Below, piece by piece: positions 46,702 to 54,697 of a stretch of 64,000 nucleotides of DNA. Each line of letters starts with the position of its first letter. The first letter of the stretch is position 1. The stretch lies in the IMG/VR virus record IMGVR_UViG_3300044796_000657, positions 248,001-312,000 of that record, one strand, 5' to 3'. Below the pieces are notes generated by a model. It was not told where the DNA came from, made no database searches, and saw only the letters and a list, made by a program, of their open reading frames with translations. The translations under genes were made by a program, and so were the position numbers.

Positions 46702-48234
46702 ATGAAGCAATTTGATGAGATGTTGGCAAGTTTTGAAAACAGCAATTCCGAACAATTTAAGAAGCAAACGGGGGTTGTTTATACACCCCCTTTTGTCGTT
46801 AAATACATTCTTGATAAAACCCTCACTTCGCTTTCCGTAGATACCAAGATTATCGACCCCGCTTGTGGGGGCGGTATATTCATTCTGTACGCAATAGAAT
46901 ACCTACGACACGTCACAGGCAAAGCGATAGATGAAATCATCGCAAACAACGTGTACGGCATCGACAACGACCCTAATGCCGTCGCTCTTGCCCATGAGGT
47001 TTTGACTCAATATAGCCAAGTCGCTTGCGGCAAAAAGCCATCTAAGATCAACATATATCATGGCGATTCTACCGACATTGAATTCCTGTCATCGTTGGGC
47101 AAATTCGACTACGTTGTCGGCAATCCTCCTTATGTCCGTATCCAGAACATTCCCGAAGATAAGCGGCAGTATTTGAAATCTTGGAGTATGGTTAATGGTG
47201 ATAGTGATCTGTATATTGCCTTTATTGAACTAGCCTTTTTTCTCTTGAAGTCAGACGGAAGATTGGGCTTCATCACGCCGAATTCTTATCTGAAAAACAA
47301 GTCAACGATCAATCTTTTGAATTGGCTGATCGATAACAGAAAGATCGTTGAGCTTATAGACTTTGAAGGTTATCAGATATTCGGTAAGAAGGCCACAACT
47401 TATACTAGCATTCTTATTGCTTCCAATGAAGAACAAAAATCCATGACCATGCGAAAATTAACTGGTATGGATGAAAATCTGGATAAGGTTTTATCAACGG
47501 ATGTCAAGTCTTATGAAGTTGTCAAATCCAAGAGTATTCTAATTCCTAGCAATAAGATCAATCGCTTGAACAAGTTTGAGAATGTTGGAACAAAGCTCAA
47601 AAACCTAGTTAAGATCAAGGTAGGATTGGCAACACTCGCTGATTCAATCTTTTATACGGATACTGACTTGGAATTGGTCAAACCGTGCGTCAAAGTCAGT
47701 AAGATCAAAAACCAATCTGACATTGTCAAACATACCAAGTCCGTCATTTATCCCTACCAAATCGTCAATGGTAAGGCTGTTCCTTATAGCGAACAAGAGT
47801 TGTCGCAATTCCCAAAGACGTATGAGTATTTGTTGAGTCGCAAGGAGGAATTGATGAAAAGGGATCGTGGCAAGATTGCTTTGTGGTACACTTATGGTAG
47901 AACGCAAGGGTTGACGAGCTTGTTTGGGCGGAAGATGTTAATGCCACCGATGATACAGGATGCTAAGTTTGTTATCTCAGAAGATCCAGATTTGTTGTAT
48001 TTGTCTGGTTATGCGATATTTGGTGATAGGCTTGAGATGTTAAAGATTGTCTTGGAGTCAGATATTTTCAATGAATACATTGCTTTGACGGCGAAGGATT
48101 TTCGTGGTGGATGGAAGGCATGTACCAAGCACGGTATAGAAAACTTTTCTATTCCAGATATTGACGATAATGAGATGGATGAGTTGAAAAATGATACAAA
48201 TGCTTTTTTGAACAGAAAGTATGGTCTGACATAA
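46702..48234 (+). CDS. Eco57I/TaqI-like N6-adenine DNA methyltransferase
   Basis: GVVYTP, IIDPACGGGIF, VVGNPPYVRIQ, DLYIAFIE, VKIKVGLATLADSIF. Confidence 0.9.
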   Translation: MKQFDEMLASFENSNSEQFKKQTGVVYTPPFVVKYILDKTLTSLSVDTKIIDPACGGGIFILYAIEYLRHVTGKAIDEIIANNVYGIDNDPNAVALAHEVLTQYSQVACGKKPSKINIYHGDSTDIEFLSSLGKFDYVVGNPPYVRIQNIPEDKRQYLKSWSMVNGDSDLYIAFIELAFFLLKSDGRLGFITPNSYLKNKSTINLLNWLIDNRKIVELIDFEGYQIFGKKATTYTSILIASNEEQKSMTMRKLTGMDENLDKVLSTDVKSYEVVKSKSILIPSNKINRLNKFENVGTKLKNLVKIKVGLATLADSIFYTDTDLELVKPCVKVSKIKNQSDIVKHTKSVIYPYQIVNGKAVPYSEQELSQFPKTYEYLLSRKEELMKRDRGKIALWYTYGRTQGLTSLFGRKMLMPPMIQDAKFVISEDPDLLYLSGYAIFGDRLEMLKIVLESDIFNEYIALTAKDFRGGWKACTKHGIENFSIPDIDDNEMDELKNDTNAFLNRKYGLT

Positions 48235-48237
48235 ATA
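48231..48237 (+). promoter_or_regulatory. ATAAATA late-promoter-like box
   Basis: ATAAATA-agat-ATG(48242). Confidence 0.55.
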
Positions 48238-48241
48238 AGAT

Positions 48242-49051
48242 ATGGATTCTTTTAGTCGTTTTATTATTAGCGAAGGTGTCAATATCACGGCATCACCTGA
48301 GTTAGCAGATCAAATTCCTCAAGCGAAAAAAGCGTTGATGCTATATTTGCAGCGATATGGCGATAAGCAAGAACTCAAAGCGAGTATGGCACGCTTCAAG
48401 TATACTTTAACAAAAGTTCGTCAAGACGACTGGAACAATGAAGTAACATATCATTTCACAAATGATACGATTGACAAAGGCAAAGGTCGGGATGAGATTA
48501 TTAGCGACAAATCAGATGATCGGTATGAGTATTATCCAAATTGGGATGGTCGCACGGGGAAAAGGGTTTATAAGAGTCCCAAGGATGCTATTGATTCCAT
48601 TCCGAATGATGAGAATTTAGCTTATCGTGGTATGAGTTGGGAAGAGTGGCGAAGTATTCAGAAAACGGGCATTATCCAGAGTAAAGGTCAACATAATTTC
48701 AGCAATCAAGGATCGTTAACATTTTTCGGCCCCAAGTCTTCAACGGGTGAAAGTTATGCGGGCGGTTTTGCGCCGAATGCTTATTCACCTACGCCTGTTC
48801 GTCCGGGTGTTGTGATTGCGGTTCCCAAGAATCTTCTCAAAACACCAAAAGACAATCCTAATATTCCTCAAGGCGAGTTGGCTTTTGAGGGAACGATGGA
48901 TGCCAAGAATATTGTGAATGCTTGGATGTTGGTTGCCACGAAGACGAAACCGGGGAAATTTGATGTTGTTTTTAACTTAAAAACCAACCAAGTGCGTGAA
49001 GGTTCGAGAATGTCTATCAGTGTGTCGTATTCAATTCGTCAAATCAAGTAA
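48242..49051 (+). CDS. Putative ADP-ribosyltransferase-fold protein with capsid-targeting-like N-terminus
   Basis: MDSFSRFIISE; LAYRGMS.EE...I..TG; LTFFGPKSSTGESYA; QGELAF. Confidence 0.45.
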   Translation: MDSFSRFIISEGVNITASPELADQIPQAKKALMLYLQRYGDKQELKASMARFKYTLTKVRQDDWNNEVTYHFTNDTIDKGKGRDEIISDKSDDRYEYYPNWDGRTGKRVYKSPKDAIDSIPNDENLAYRGMSWEEWRSIQKTGIIQSKGQHNFSNQGSLTFFGPKSSTGESYAGGFAPNAYSPTPVRPGVVIAVPKNLLKTPKDNPNIPQGELAFEGTMDAKNIVNAWMLVATKTKPGKFDVVFNLKTNQVREGSRMSISVSYSIRQIK

Positions 49052-49058
49052 GTCTATC

Positions 49059-49065
49059 ATAAATA
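49059..49065 (+). promoter_or_regulatory. ATAAATA late-promoter-like box
   Basis: ATAAATA-caat-ATG(49070). Confidence 0.55.
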
Positions 49066-49069
49066 CAAT

Positions 49070-49282
49070 ATGACAGAATACGAGTTAACGTGGGTTCGTC
49101 CCAATTTGACAAAATCTTATGATAGATTGGCAGAATTGGAACGCAAGTTGGCTTTTTTCGAAGCAATGGAATCGATAGCTGCTCTTACACCCAGAACTTA
49201 TACCTTATCAAAAAATTCTTCATTGTCGGATTTGTATGCCGAAGTTGATAGGTTAACTGAAATCAAACAAAGGTTGCTATGA
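49070..49282 (+). CDS. Hypothetical protein
   Basis: 70-aa ORF. Confidence 0.45.
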   Translation: MTEYELTWVRPNLTKSYDRLAELERKLAFFEAMESIAALTPRTYTLSKNSSLSDLYAEVDRLTEIKQRLL

Positions 49283-49605
49283 ATTTTACATATGTTGCAA
49301 CTGGCGTAGTTAAGACTCACGGTTGTTTTGACATGGAGTTTGATTTTTTCTTTGTCGCCCTCTATCCAGTGGGATCGGTAGCGTACGATAAAATATCTGC
49401 CAAACGTGGCAGGATGGAAGCCGTTTCAATTAAGAGGGTGGAATTTGTAGGTTGCGACCACCACCCACTTTATACCGATAATCTGAATACCGTTTATACA
49501 GAAAGTGATTTGGTTTCTCATGACGAGGCCAAAAATTTAGCGATTGCTTATTACAATCGCTTGATCAATCAAGCCAATAATGCTATTGAGTTGCGGAATT
49601 GTTAA
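49279..49605 (+). CDS. Hypothetical protein
   Basis: 108-aa ORF, coupled. Confidence 0.5.
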   Translation: MNFTYVATGVVKTHGCFDMEFDFFFVALYPVGSVAYDKISAKRGRMEAVSIKRVEFVGCDHHPLYTDNLNTVYTESDLVSHDEAKNLAIAYYNRLINQANNAIELRNC

Positions 49606-49813
49606 CAGCGTTTGGGCTTTGAGTGACGTTGGGGTTTTGAAATTCAACGCTGATAATGCAGTTGGAGGTGGCCGGAAAGGCGTGCTTTGTAAGGCCGTCT
49701 TGTAGATATTTGATGATTTCCAGCACGCTGCCGGAAACTTCAACCCCCCACGATGCTTGGTTAGCTTGGACTGTTTCTTGTTGGTTTTTCCATTCATCAA
49801 ATTTAATAAGCAT
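49583..49813 (-). CDS. Small protein with capsid-targeting-like N-terminus
   Basis: Internal ATG at 49813 gives MLIKFDEWKNQQE. Confidence 0.45.
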   Translation of the reverse strand: MLIKFDEWKNQQETVQANQASWGVEVSGSVLEIIKYLQDGLTKHAFPATSNCIISVEFQNPNVTQSPNAVNNSATQ

Positions 49814-49820
49814 TATATTC

Positions 49821-50087
49821 TCAATTAAAAGGGTTAGCTTCTTGTGGGGTTTCAATTCGCATTTTCTTACCATCGAGATCGTATTTGATACTGACTTGCT
49901 GTACTGGCAAAGTAGTTTCTTCACCGTCCAACATGCTCAATTCGTGTTCGATCTTCAACCAGTGGCAGCGGTCGTTGGGTTTAACTTTTAATTCCAAGTA
50001 TTCCCCTGCATGAACCACGGTTACGTTACAAACGCCTTCTTCGGCATTATACATCGCACAATTCTTACAGATTTTCTTTTTTAACAT
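49821..50087 (-). CDS. Small Cys-rich protein
   Basis: ATG at 50087; CKNC..YN...GVC...C. Confidence 0.5.
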   Translation of the reverse strand: MLKKKICKNCAMYNAEEGVCNVTVVHAGEYLELKVKPNDRCHWLKIEHELSMLDGEETTLPVQQVSIKYDLDGKKMRIETPQEANPFN

Positions 50088-50235
50088 TTTTCTTCTTCTT
50101 TTTATCATCGGACAAAATTACGGGCTTTGGATACATTCTGCCTACTGATCCGCCGATAGGTCTGGCGAAGTTGGCAATATCCCCTGTACTTGTCATAGTT
50201 TCTTCGATGTTTTTTAACCATTCTCTAAAAGTCAT
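50065..50235 (-). CDS. 56-aa protein with capsid-targeting-like N-terminus
   Basis: Not in the track: MTFREWLKNIEETMTSTGDIANFARPIGG...KKKKKNVKKENL; TAATG overlap with the upstream gene. Confidence 0.6.
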   Translation of the reverse strand: MTFREWLKNIEETMTSTGDIANFARPIGGSVGRMYPKPVILSDDKKKKKNVKKENL

Positions 50236-50708
50236 TACATTCCTCCCATTGGTGGACCGCCGCCTCCGGTCGGACCAGCCAAAGTGTTACCCTGTGATTT
50301 CCATTGTACTCCACCGGAAGCCCCGGCGAAATCTGCTCCTTGATAATTAGGCGGTTCCATCAATTTCAGGAACGTATCACGTGTCATTGTGATTGATTTT
50401 TTGCCCAAATTATCAGCCGTGTCCAAATCTAATTCATCATCAATATCGTCGCCATTACCATCTTTATCCAAAGCCGCATAGGGAATTGGTTTGATGGTAA
50501 CCGTATGACTATCAAAGTCAGTGACGTAGAAAGCCGCCGGTTGGCGAATTAAGTGTCCGCCCAACTTAACATTGCTCAATGTGATCGGCATACCGAACCA
50601 CAACTTTTTTGGAACTTTGAGTTGTTTTTTGATCGTAGAAACGTAGCTGTCAGGAGCTTCCGCTTTTTTCTCTACAAACAATTTAAACCCAACTAGCAAA
50701 TTTGACAT
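50235..50708 (-). CDS. Hypothetical protein with capsid-targeting-like N-terminus
   Basis: MSNLLVGFKLFVE; Gly/Pro/Met tail; TAAATA upstream. Confidence 0.55.
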   Translation of the reverse strand: MSNLLVGFKLFVEKKAEAPDSYVSTIKKQLKVPKKLWFGMPITLSNVKLGGHLIRQPAAFYVTDFDSHTVTIKPIPYAALDKDGNGDDIDDELDLDTADNLGKKSITMTRDTFLKLMEPPNYQGADFAGASGGVQWKSQGNTLAGPTGGGGPPMGGM

Positions 50709-50712
50709 ACTC

Positions 50713-50718
50713 TATTTA
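50713..50718 (-). promoter_or_regulatory. TAAATA late-promoter-like box
   Basis: TAAATA-gagt-ATG(50708). Confidence 0.55.
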
Positions 50719-50728
50719 CACCTTGGGT

Positions 50729-50736
50729 TATAAATA
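50729..50736 (+). promoter_or_regulatory. TATAAATA, exact T4 late promoter consensus
   Basis: TATAAATA-gact-ATG(50741). Confidence 0.6.
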
Positions 50737-50740
50737 GACT

Positions 50741-52105
50741 ATGAAATTTAAGTCTTGGATTGCGGAAACTCTGAATTTTGATTCTCCTCAAAGGGCAGGC
50801 ATGCAAACGCACCCTTTGGTTACAGGTGCTACAGTTGGTTTAGAGATAGAATTAATGACCCTCTCAATTCCTTACAAGGAATTTACACCTTTAATGTTAG
50901 CAAGGGCGTTATGGGATGCTGATGATTATAAATTTGATGTTCAACAACGAATGAGATTGAATGCTGAATCTGAATATGATGATGATGAAGATTTGGATAT
51001 GCGAGATTTGATTAACTGGGTTACGATGAATAAAAAAGAGGCTTACGATTATTTCAAACAACATCTTGAAAGTGGCCAGTTGAACTTAGGTAAAACCAGT
51101 ACGGATTGGAAAGACGAAGTTGTTAAGTATTGGTCTAAACACTTTATGAAAGCTATTGAGGCGGGAGGGTTTAAGGCTTTTTATGGTGCGCAATCTACGA
51201 AAGACTCTTGGGCTGTTGGCGATGATGGTCACGATACTATGTACCATATCCCCATCTTGGAAATGAGGAGTTCCGTTATTCCTTATGCGGCGTTGCCAAA
51301 TCTTCAAAAAGCGTTAACTGCGATTGCCGAAGTAATCAAAAACAATCCAGAAGATTTAATGGTTCAAAACAATACTGGTATCCACATTCACGTTGGTAAT
51401 GCACGGACTGGCGATTTGAATGCCAAGGGCTGGCGTGGCGATCATATGGACATGTTTAGCCGGTTAGCCGCTGCCACTCATACGGACGAAGACAGCATTT
51501 GGGATACGATGTCAAAACACGATAGGGATTTTTCTCAATTCGCTATGCTTAACAGACAGCAGGATTTTGAACAGACCCGGAGCGGGTACGGAAGTGCTCA
51601 CAATGATATTATCAACCAACTGAACAACTTAAGGTACAAGAAAGAACCGACGATAACGGTCAGCAACAAAGACTTGTGGAACCGGGTCAAGCCCGACCGT
51701 AAGAGTGGAACAAGTGTCGTTTCAGAGCATCCGACAGTAGAATACCGACACTTTACATCGCAGGTGTTGATGGAGGCTGATGGCGTAGAAAAGATTATGG
51801 CGTGGATCAAGTATTTCGTTGATAATGCCGCTTCGCAAGTCAATAAAAATAGGATCAAGTTTGAGAATGACGAAGAGCGTATTATTCTGACGAAGTTGCC
51901 AAAGGATATGGTAAGAATTGACTTCCAAGACAAAGGATCAAAAGCTAGAATTCCGCAACCCGGTATGCCAAGGGATGCGTTGATGGCGACTCCCAAGAGT
52001 GGGGTACGGGATACCGATCAAGGGTTCAAGCATTGGTGGGATAGATTAACGTGGCAGCAAAAGGCTCAGTACAGAAAAGACAAGGGCAGACCGCCTCTTG
52101 TTTAA
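50741..52105 (+). CDS. Amidoligase-like protein with capsid-targeting-like N-terminus
   Basis: MKFKSWIAE; TVGLEIE, W.VGDDG, LEMRS, NTGIHIHVG, TVEYRHF. Confidence 0.7.
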   Translation: MKFKSWIAETLNFDSPQRAGMQTHPLVTGATVGLEIELMTLSIPYKEFTPLMLARALWDADDYKFDVQQRMRLNAESEYDDDEDLDMRDLINWVTMNKKEAYDYFKQHLESGQLNLGKTSTDWKDEVVKYWSKHFMKAIEAGGFKAFYGAQSTKDSWAVGDDGHDTMYHIPILEMRSSVIPYAALPNLQKALTAIAEVIKNNPEDLMVQNNTGIHIHVGNARTGDLNAKGWRGDHMDMFSRLAAATHTDEDSIWDTMSKHDRDFSQFAMLNRQQDFEQTRSGYGSAHNDIINQLNNLRYKKEPTITVSNKDLWNRVKPDRKSGTSVVSEHPTVEYRHFTSQVLMEADGVEKIMAWIKYFVDNAASQVNKNRIKFENDEERIILTKLPKDMVRIDFQDKGSKARIPQPGMPRDALMATPKSGVRDTDQGFKHWWDRLTWQQKAQYRKDKGRPPLV

Positions 52106-52332
52106 AAGTCGCCACAACAAGGCTCAGATTCCATTTTCTTAATGGTTTCCAAGAGTATGCCGCCGTACGGATCAATATTACACGTAAACGAATCATTAAC
52201 GTCAATGTTGTAGGCTTCTAGGAACAAATGATGTACAAGTATCTGCGCCAATGGCTCAGTAGACCACGGGCAGCATACCATCAAATCGTCCAATTGCTCA
52301 GTTACGGTAAAGGTATCTTCTTGTATTGTCAT
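52102..52332 (-). CDS. Hypothetical protein
   Basis: 76-aa ORF. Confidence 0.4.
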   Translation of the reverse strand: MTIQEDTFTVTEQLDDLMVCCPWSTEPLAQILVHHLFLEAYNIDVNDSFTCNIDPYGGILLETIKKMESEPCCGDF

Positions 52333-52341
52333 TCAAGTAGT

Positions 52342-53199
52342 TTAACCAATAAAATCAGAAATTCTACTCAAGACTTCTTTCCAATTACCCAATTCTTTTT
52401 GTCGCCATATTTTCATGGTGGGATACCAAATACTGTCACCGGAACCCCATCGCCAATCATGCTGATAAGCCAAAGCCAAATGTACTGTTTTTCCCATCGC
52501 TGCTGCCAAATGAGCAACAGCCGTATCAACACTGACTACAGTATGACATTCCGCTATCAGTTTGGCTGTATCATTCAAGTCTGCCAACATTAGAGAATAA
52601 TCTTCGAATCTTAAGTCGGATTGTGTGACCATTAAACTTGTTAATTTTCTTCCATCCTTAACTAATAAACTAAAATCTTCTGCTGAGGATGACCTGATGC
52701 TGTCATCGGCGTGACCTGCAAATCCTGTCCATGCCACACCAATTCTCCCTTGGTCGTTATTGGGAATGTTAATGTACTGTTCGTTGATGATTGTTTTGAA
52801 GTGAGCGGGTAAACTGGAAACTGGAATTACAAAGTTGCAATTCGGCAAAGCATCACCACGAACTATTACGTCATAACCTTGGTTTTTCATCAAGTGAAAC
52901 AGTTCAGGTGCAACTTCCAATACGACATTTGACATTAAGTCTGTATATCGTACCCACATGATAAAATCGCCGAAACCTTGATCTTGGTAAACGAGAACTT
53001 TTCCTTGTTCACCTTTCCATGTTGGCATCGGGTAATGACTTCGTCTGTTAATTGTTGAGCGATGACCTTTGAGTCGCCATTCCAATTCAGGCCACGCTTC
53101 TTGCCATCTTCCCAAATAACCCAATACACATCCATATCGCCAATGAAGTTCGGCATCATTAGGGTTTTTGAAAATTTGATCTTCGAGATCTTTGAGCAT
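52342..53199 (-). CDS. TPR-associated GT9-like glycosyltransferase
   Basis: GRWQEAWPELEWR, DQGFGDFIMWVRY, GVAWTG, VSVDTAVAHLAAAMGK, DWRW, WYPTMKIWRQ. Confidence 0.8.
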   Translation of the reverse strand: MLKDLEDQIFKNPNDAELHWRYGCVLGYLGRWQEAWPELEWRLKGHRSTINRRSHYPMPTWKGEQGKVLVYQDQGFGDFIMWVRYTDLMSNVVLEVAPELFHLMKNQGYDVIVRGDALPNCNFVIPVSSLPAHFKTIINEQYINIPNNDQGRIGVAWTGFAGHADDSIRSSSAEDFSLLVKDGRKLTSLMVTQSDLRFEDYSLMLADLNDTAKLIAECHTVVSVDTAVAHLAAAMGKTVHLALAYQHDWRWGSGDSIWYPTMKIWRQKELGNWKEVLSRISDFIG

Positions 53200-53741
53200 T
53201 AACTATTTTTTTTACGAGTGGGCTTGTAATGAATAATAGCGTCCGAATCTGGGTATTTATTTTGCCATCCCATGCTGGCGTACCAAGCCTTCAATTTTTG
53301 TGTACTTAGTCCTTTGGGCGGCTTTTGGCCTTTAACTTTAGCGGGCGTTATTTCTTGGGGTTCGGCAACTAAAGTTATTCCCAATTTATTTGCGACACTT
53401 TGCAACCATTTCAGAGATGATGTTGCCAATCCTTTGCCACGTGCTTCTGGCTTAACAATAATTGCGGCAACTGTTAATTGTTTTGATTGCTTTGGGTCAT
53501 ATCCGGCAACCATTACCCTATTCTGATAAAGGTATAGGTCGTATTCTGATAATGCAATCTTCACATTTCCGTCTGGACTAACGATTGTAGGGTAATTTGT
53601 GCCACCCAATGAGACGACTTCGGGATTAGTACCCGGAATTAATCGATTAGATGGTGCTTCCCACCGCCAACCTTGTTTTTCAATTTCAGAACGCAAACTG
53701 ACAAATGGGTGTGCGGCTTCAATGAATAATCTAAAACTCAT
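53199..53741 (-). CDS. GNAT acetyltransferase with capsid-targeting-like N-terminus
   Basis: MSFRLFIE; IIVKPEARGKGLAT (motif A); LKAWYASMGW. Confidence 0.75.
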   Translation of the reverse strand: MSFRLFIEAAHPFVSLRSEIEKQGWRWEAPSNRLIPGTNPEVVSLGGTNYPTIVSPDGNVKIALSEYDLYLYQNRVMVAGYDPKQSKQLTVAAIIVKPEARGKGLATSSLKWLQSVANKLGITLVAEPQEITPAKVKGQKPPKGLSTQKLKAWYASMGWQNKYPDSDAIIHYKPTRKKNS

Positions 53742-53745
53742 CTTC

Positions 53746-53751
53746 TATATA
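53746..53751 (-). promoter_or_regulatory. TATATA box variant
   Basis: TATATA-gaag-ATG(53741). Confidence 0.4.
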
Positions 53752-53856
53752 TTGCTCGTAAAAATTAACTTTTACTTCAAGTTCCATCAAAAAGACGGAT
53801 AAAAATTTTTTGGTCGAGACTAACTATTACGTTATCTATAAAGTGAGGGTAGTACC

Positions 53857-54399
53857 ATTCCGATTTTATCCACTGATCTTTTGTTCAAATACTCAACAAC
53901 GACTGGGTCTGCCGGAAATACGACGGCTCAAGGCAATCCTAATAATGCGCTCGGAAAATATATTTCTACAACGCAATGGACGGGTGGTACCTTAAATGAC
54001 TTGTTTGACGACATTACGGGTGATGAAAACGCCAACTCGATTGTTGATTACCGCTGTATTTTCCTTCATAACAACCACGGATCGTTAACTTTGTTGAGTC
54101 CTAAGTTATGGATTGCTTCCGAAGTTTCTGGTGGTGCCAATATCGCTCTTGGTGTTGATACGACCGCCGCTTCTGTTATCGGTGCTTCGTCCGCTCAAGG
54201 TTTGACGATTGCCGATGAAACTACGGCTCCTTCCGGTGTTTCATTCAGTAGCCCAACTACCAAATCTGCTGGCCTTTCACTCGGTGACATTCCAGCCGGT
54301 CAATGTAAGGCATTCTGGTTCCGTCGCACGGCAACCAATAGTGCTGCTTTGAATAACGATGGCGTAACGGTACAAATTGAAGGCGATACGAGTGCGTAA
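53857..54399 (+). CDS. Probable virion structural protein (beta-rich), probable ATT start
   Basis: In-frame stop at 53839; GAGG-GTAGTACC-ATT gives MPILSTDLLFKYS; VDYRCIFLHN, FWFRRT. ORF track starts at TTG 53881. Confidence 0.6.
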   Translation: MPILSTDLLFKYSTTTGSAGNTTAQGNPNNALGKYISTTQWTGGTLNDLFDDITGDENANSIVDYRCIFLHNNHGSLTLLSPKLWIASEVSGGANIALGVDTTAASVIGASSAQGLTIADETTAPSGVSFSSPTTKSAGLSLGDIPAGQCKAFWFRRTATNSAALNNDGVTVQIEGDTSA

Positions 54400-54417
54400 T
54401 GAATGATTGAAACTATG

Positions 54418-54449
54418 AACAAAGCCCGCTATAATAGGCGGGCTTTGTT
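54418..54449 (+). terminator. Intrinsic terminator hairpin
   Basis: AACAAAGCCCGC-TATAATAG-GCGGGCTTTGTT. Confidence 0.75.
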
Positions 54450-54467
54450 ATTTAACGTGGAGATATT

Positions 54468-54674
54468 ATGTACTTTTACTTAAGACAGCGATCAAGTGGC
54501 ATGGTGTTGGAAAGTGATATTAATCAATCTCGTCCCATGTTAGAACCGGGTTTTATTAGATGGACGCCCGAAATTCAACACTCAATTGATATTACTCCTC
54601 AATTAATTGAACAACTACAAGTAGAGTGTGGTAATTGGGCTGCAAGACCAATTCCTACATGGTGGGAAAACTAA
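54468..54674 (+). CDS. Hypothetical protein
   Basis: 68 aa, GGAG SD. Confidence 0.45.
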   Translation: MYFYLRQRSSGMVLESDINQSRPMLEPGFIRWTPEIQHSIDITPQLIEQLQVECGNWAARPIPTWWEN

Positions 54675-54682
54675 TCACTGAT

Positions 54683-54689
54683 CTAAATA
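54683..54689 (+). promoter_or_regulatory. CTAAATA late-promoter-like box
   Basis: TAAATA-ctctcact-ATG(54698). Confidence 0.45.
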
Positions 54690-54697
54690 CTCTCACT

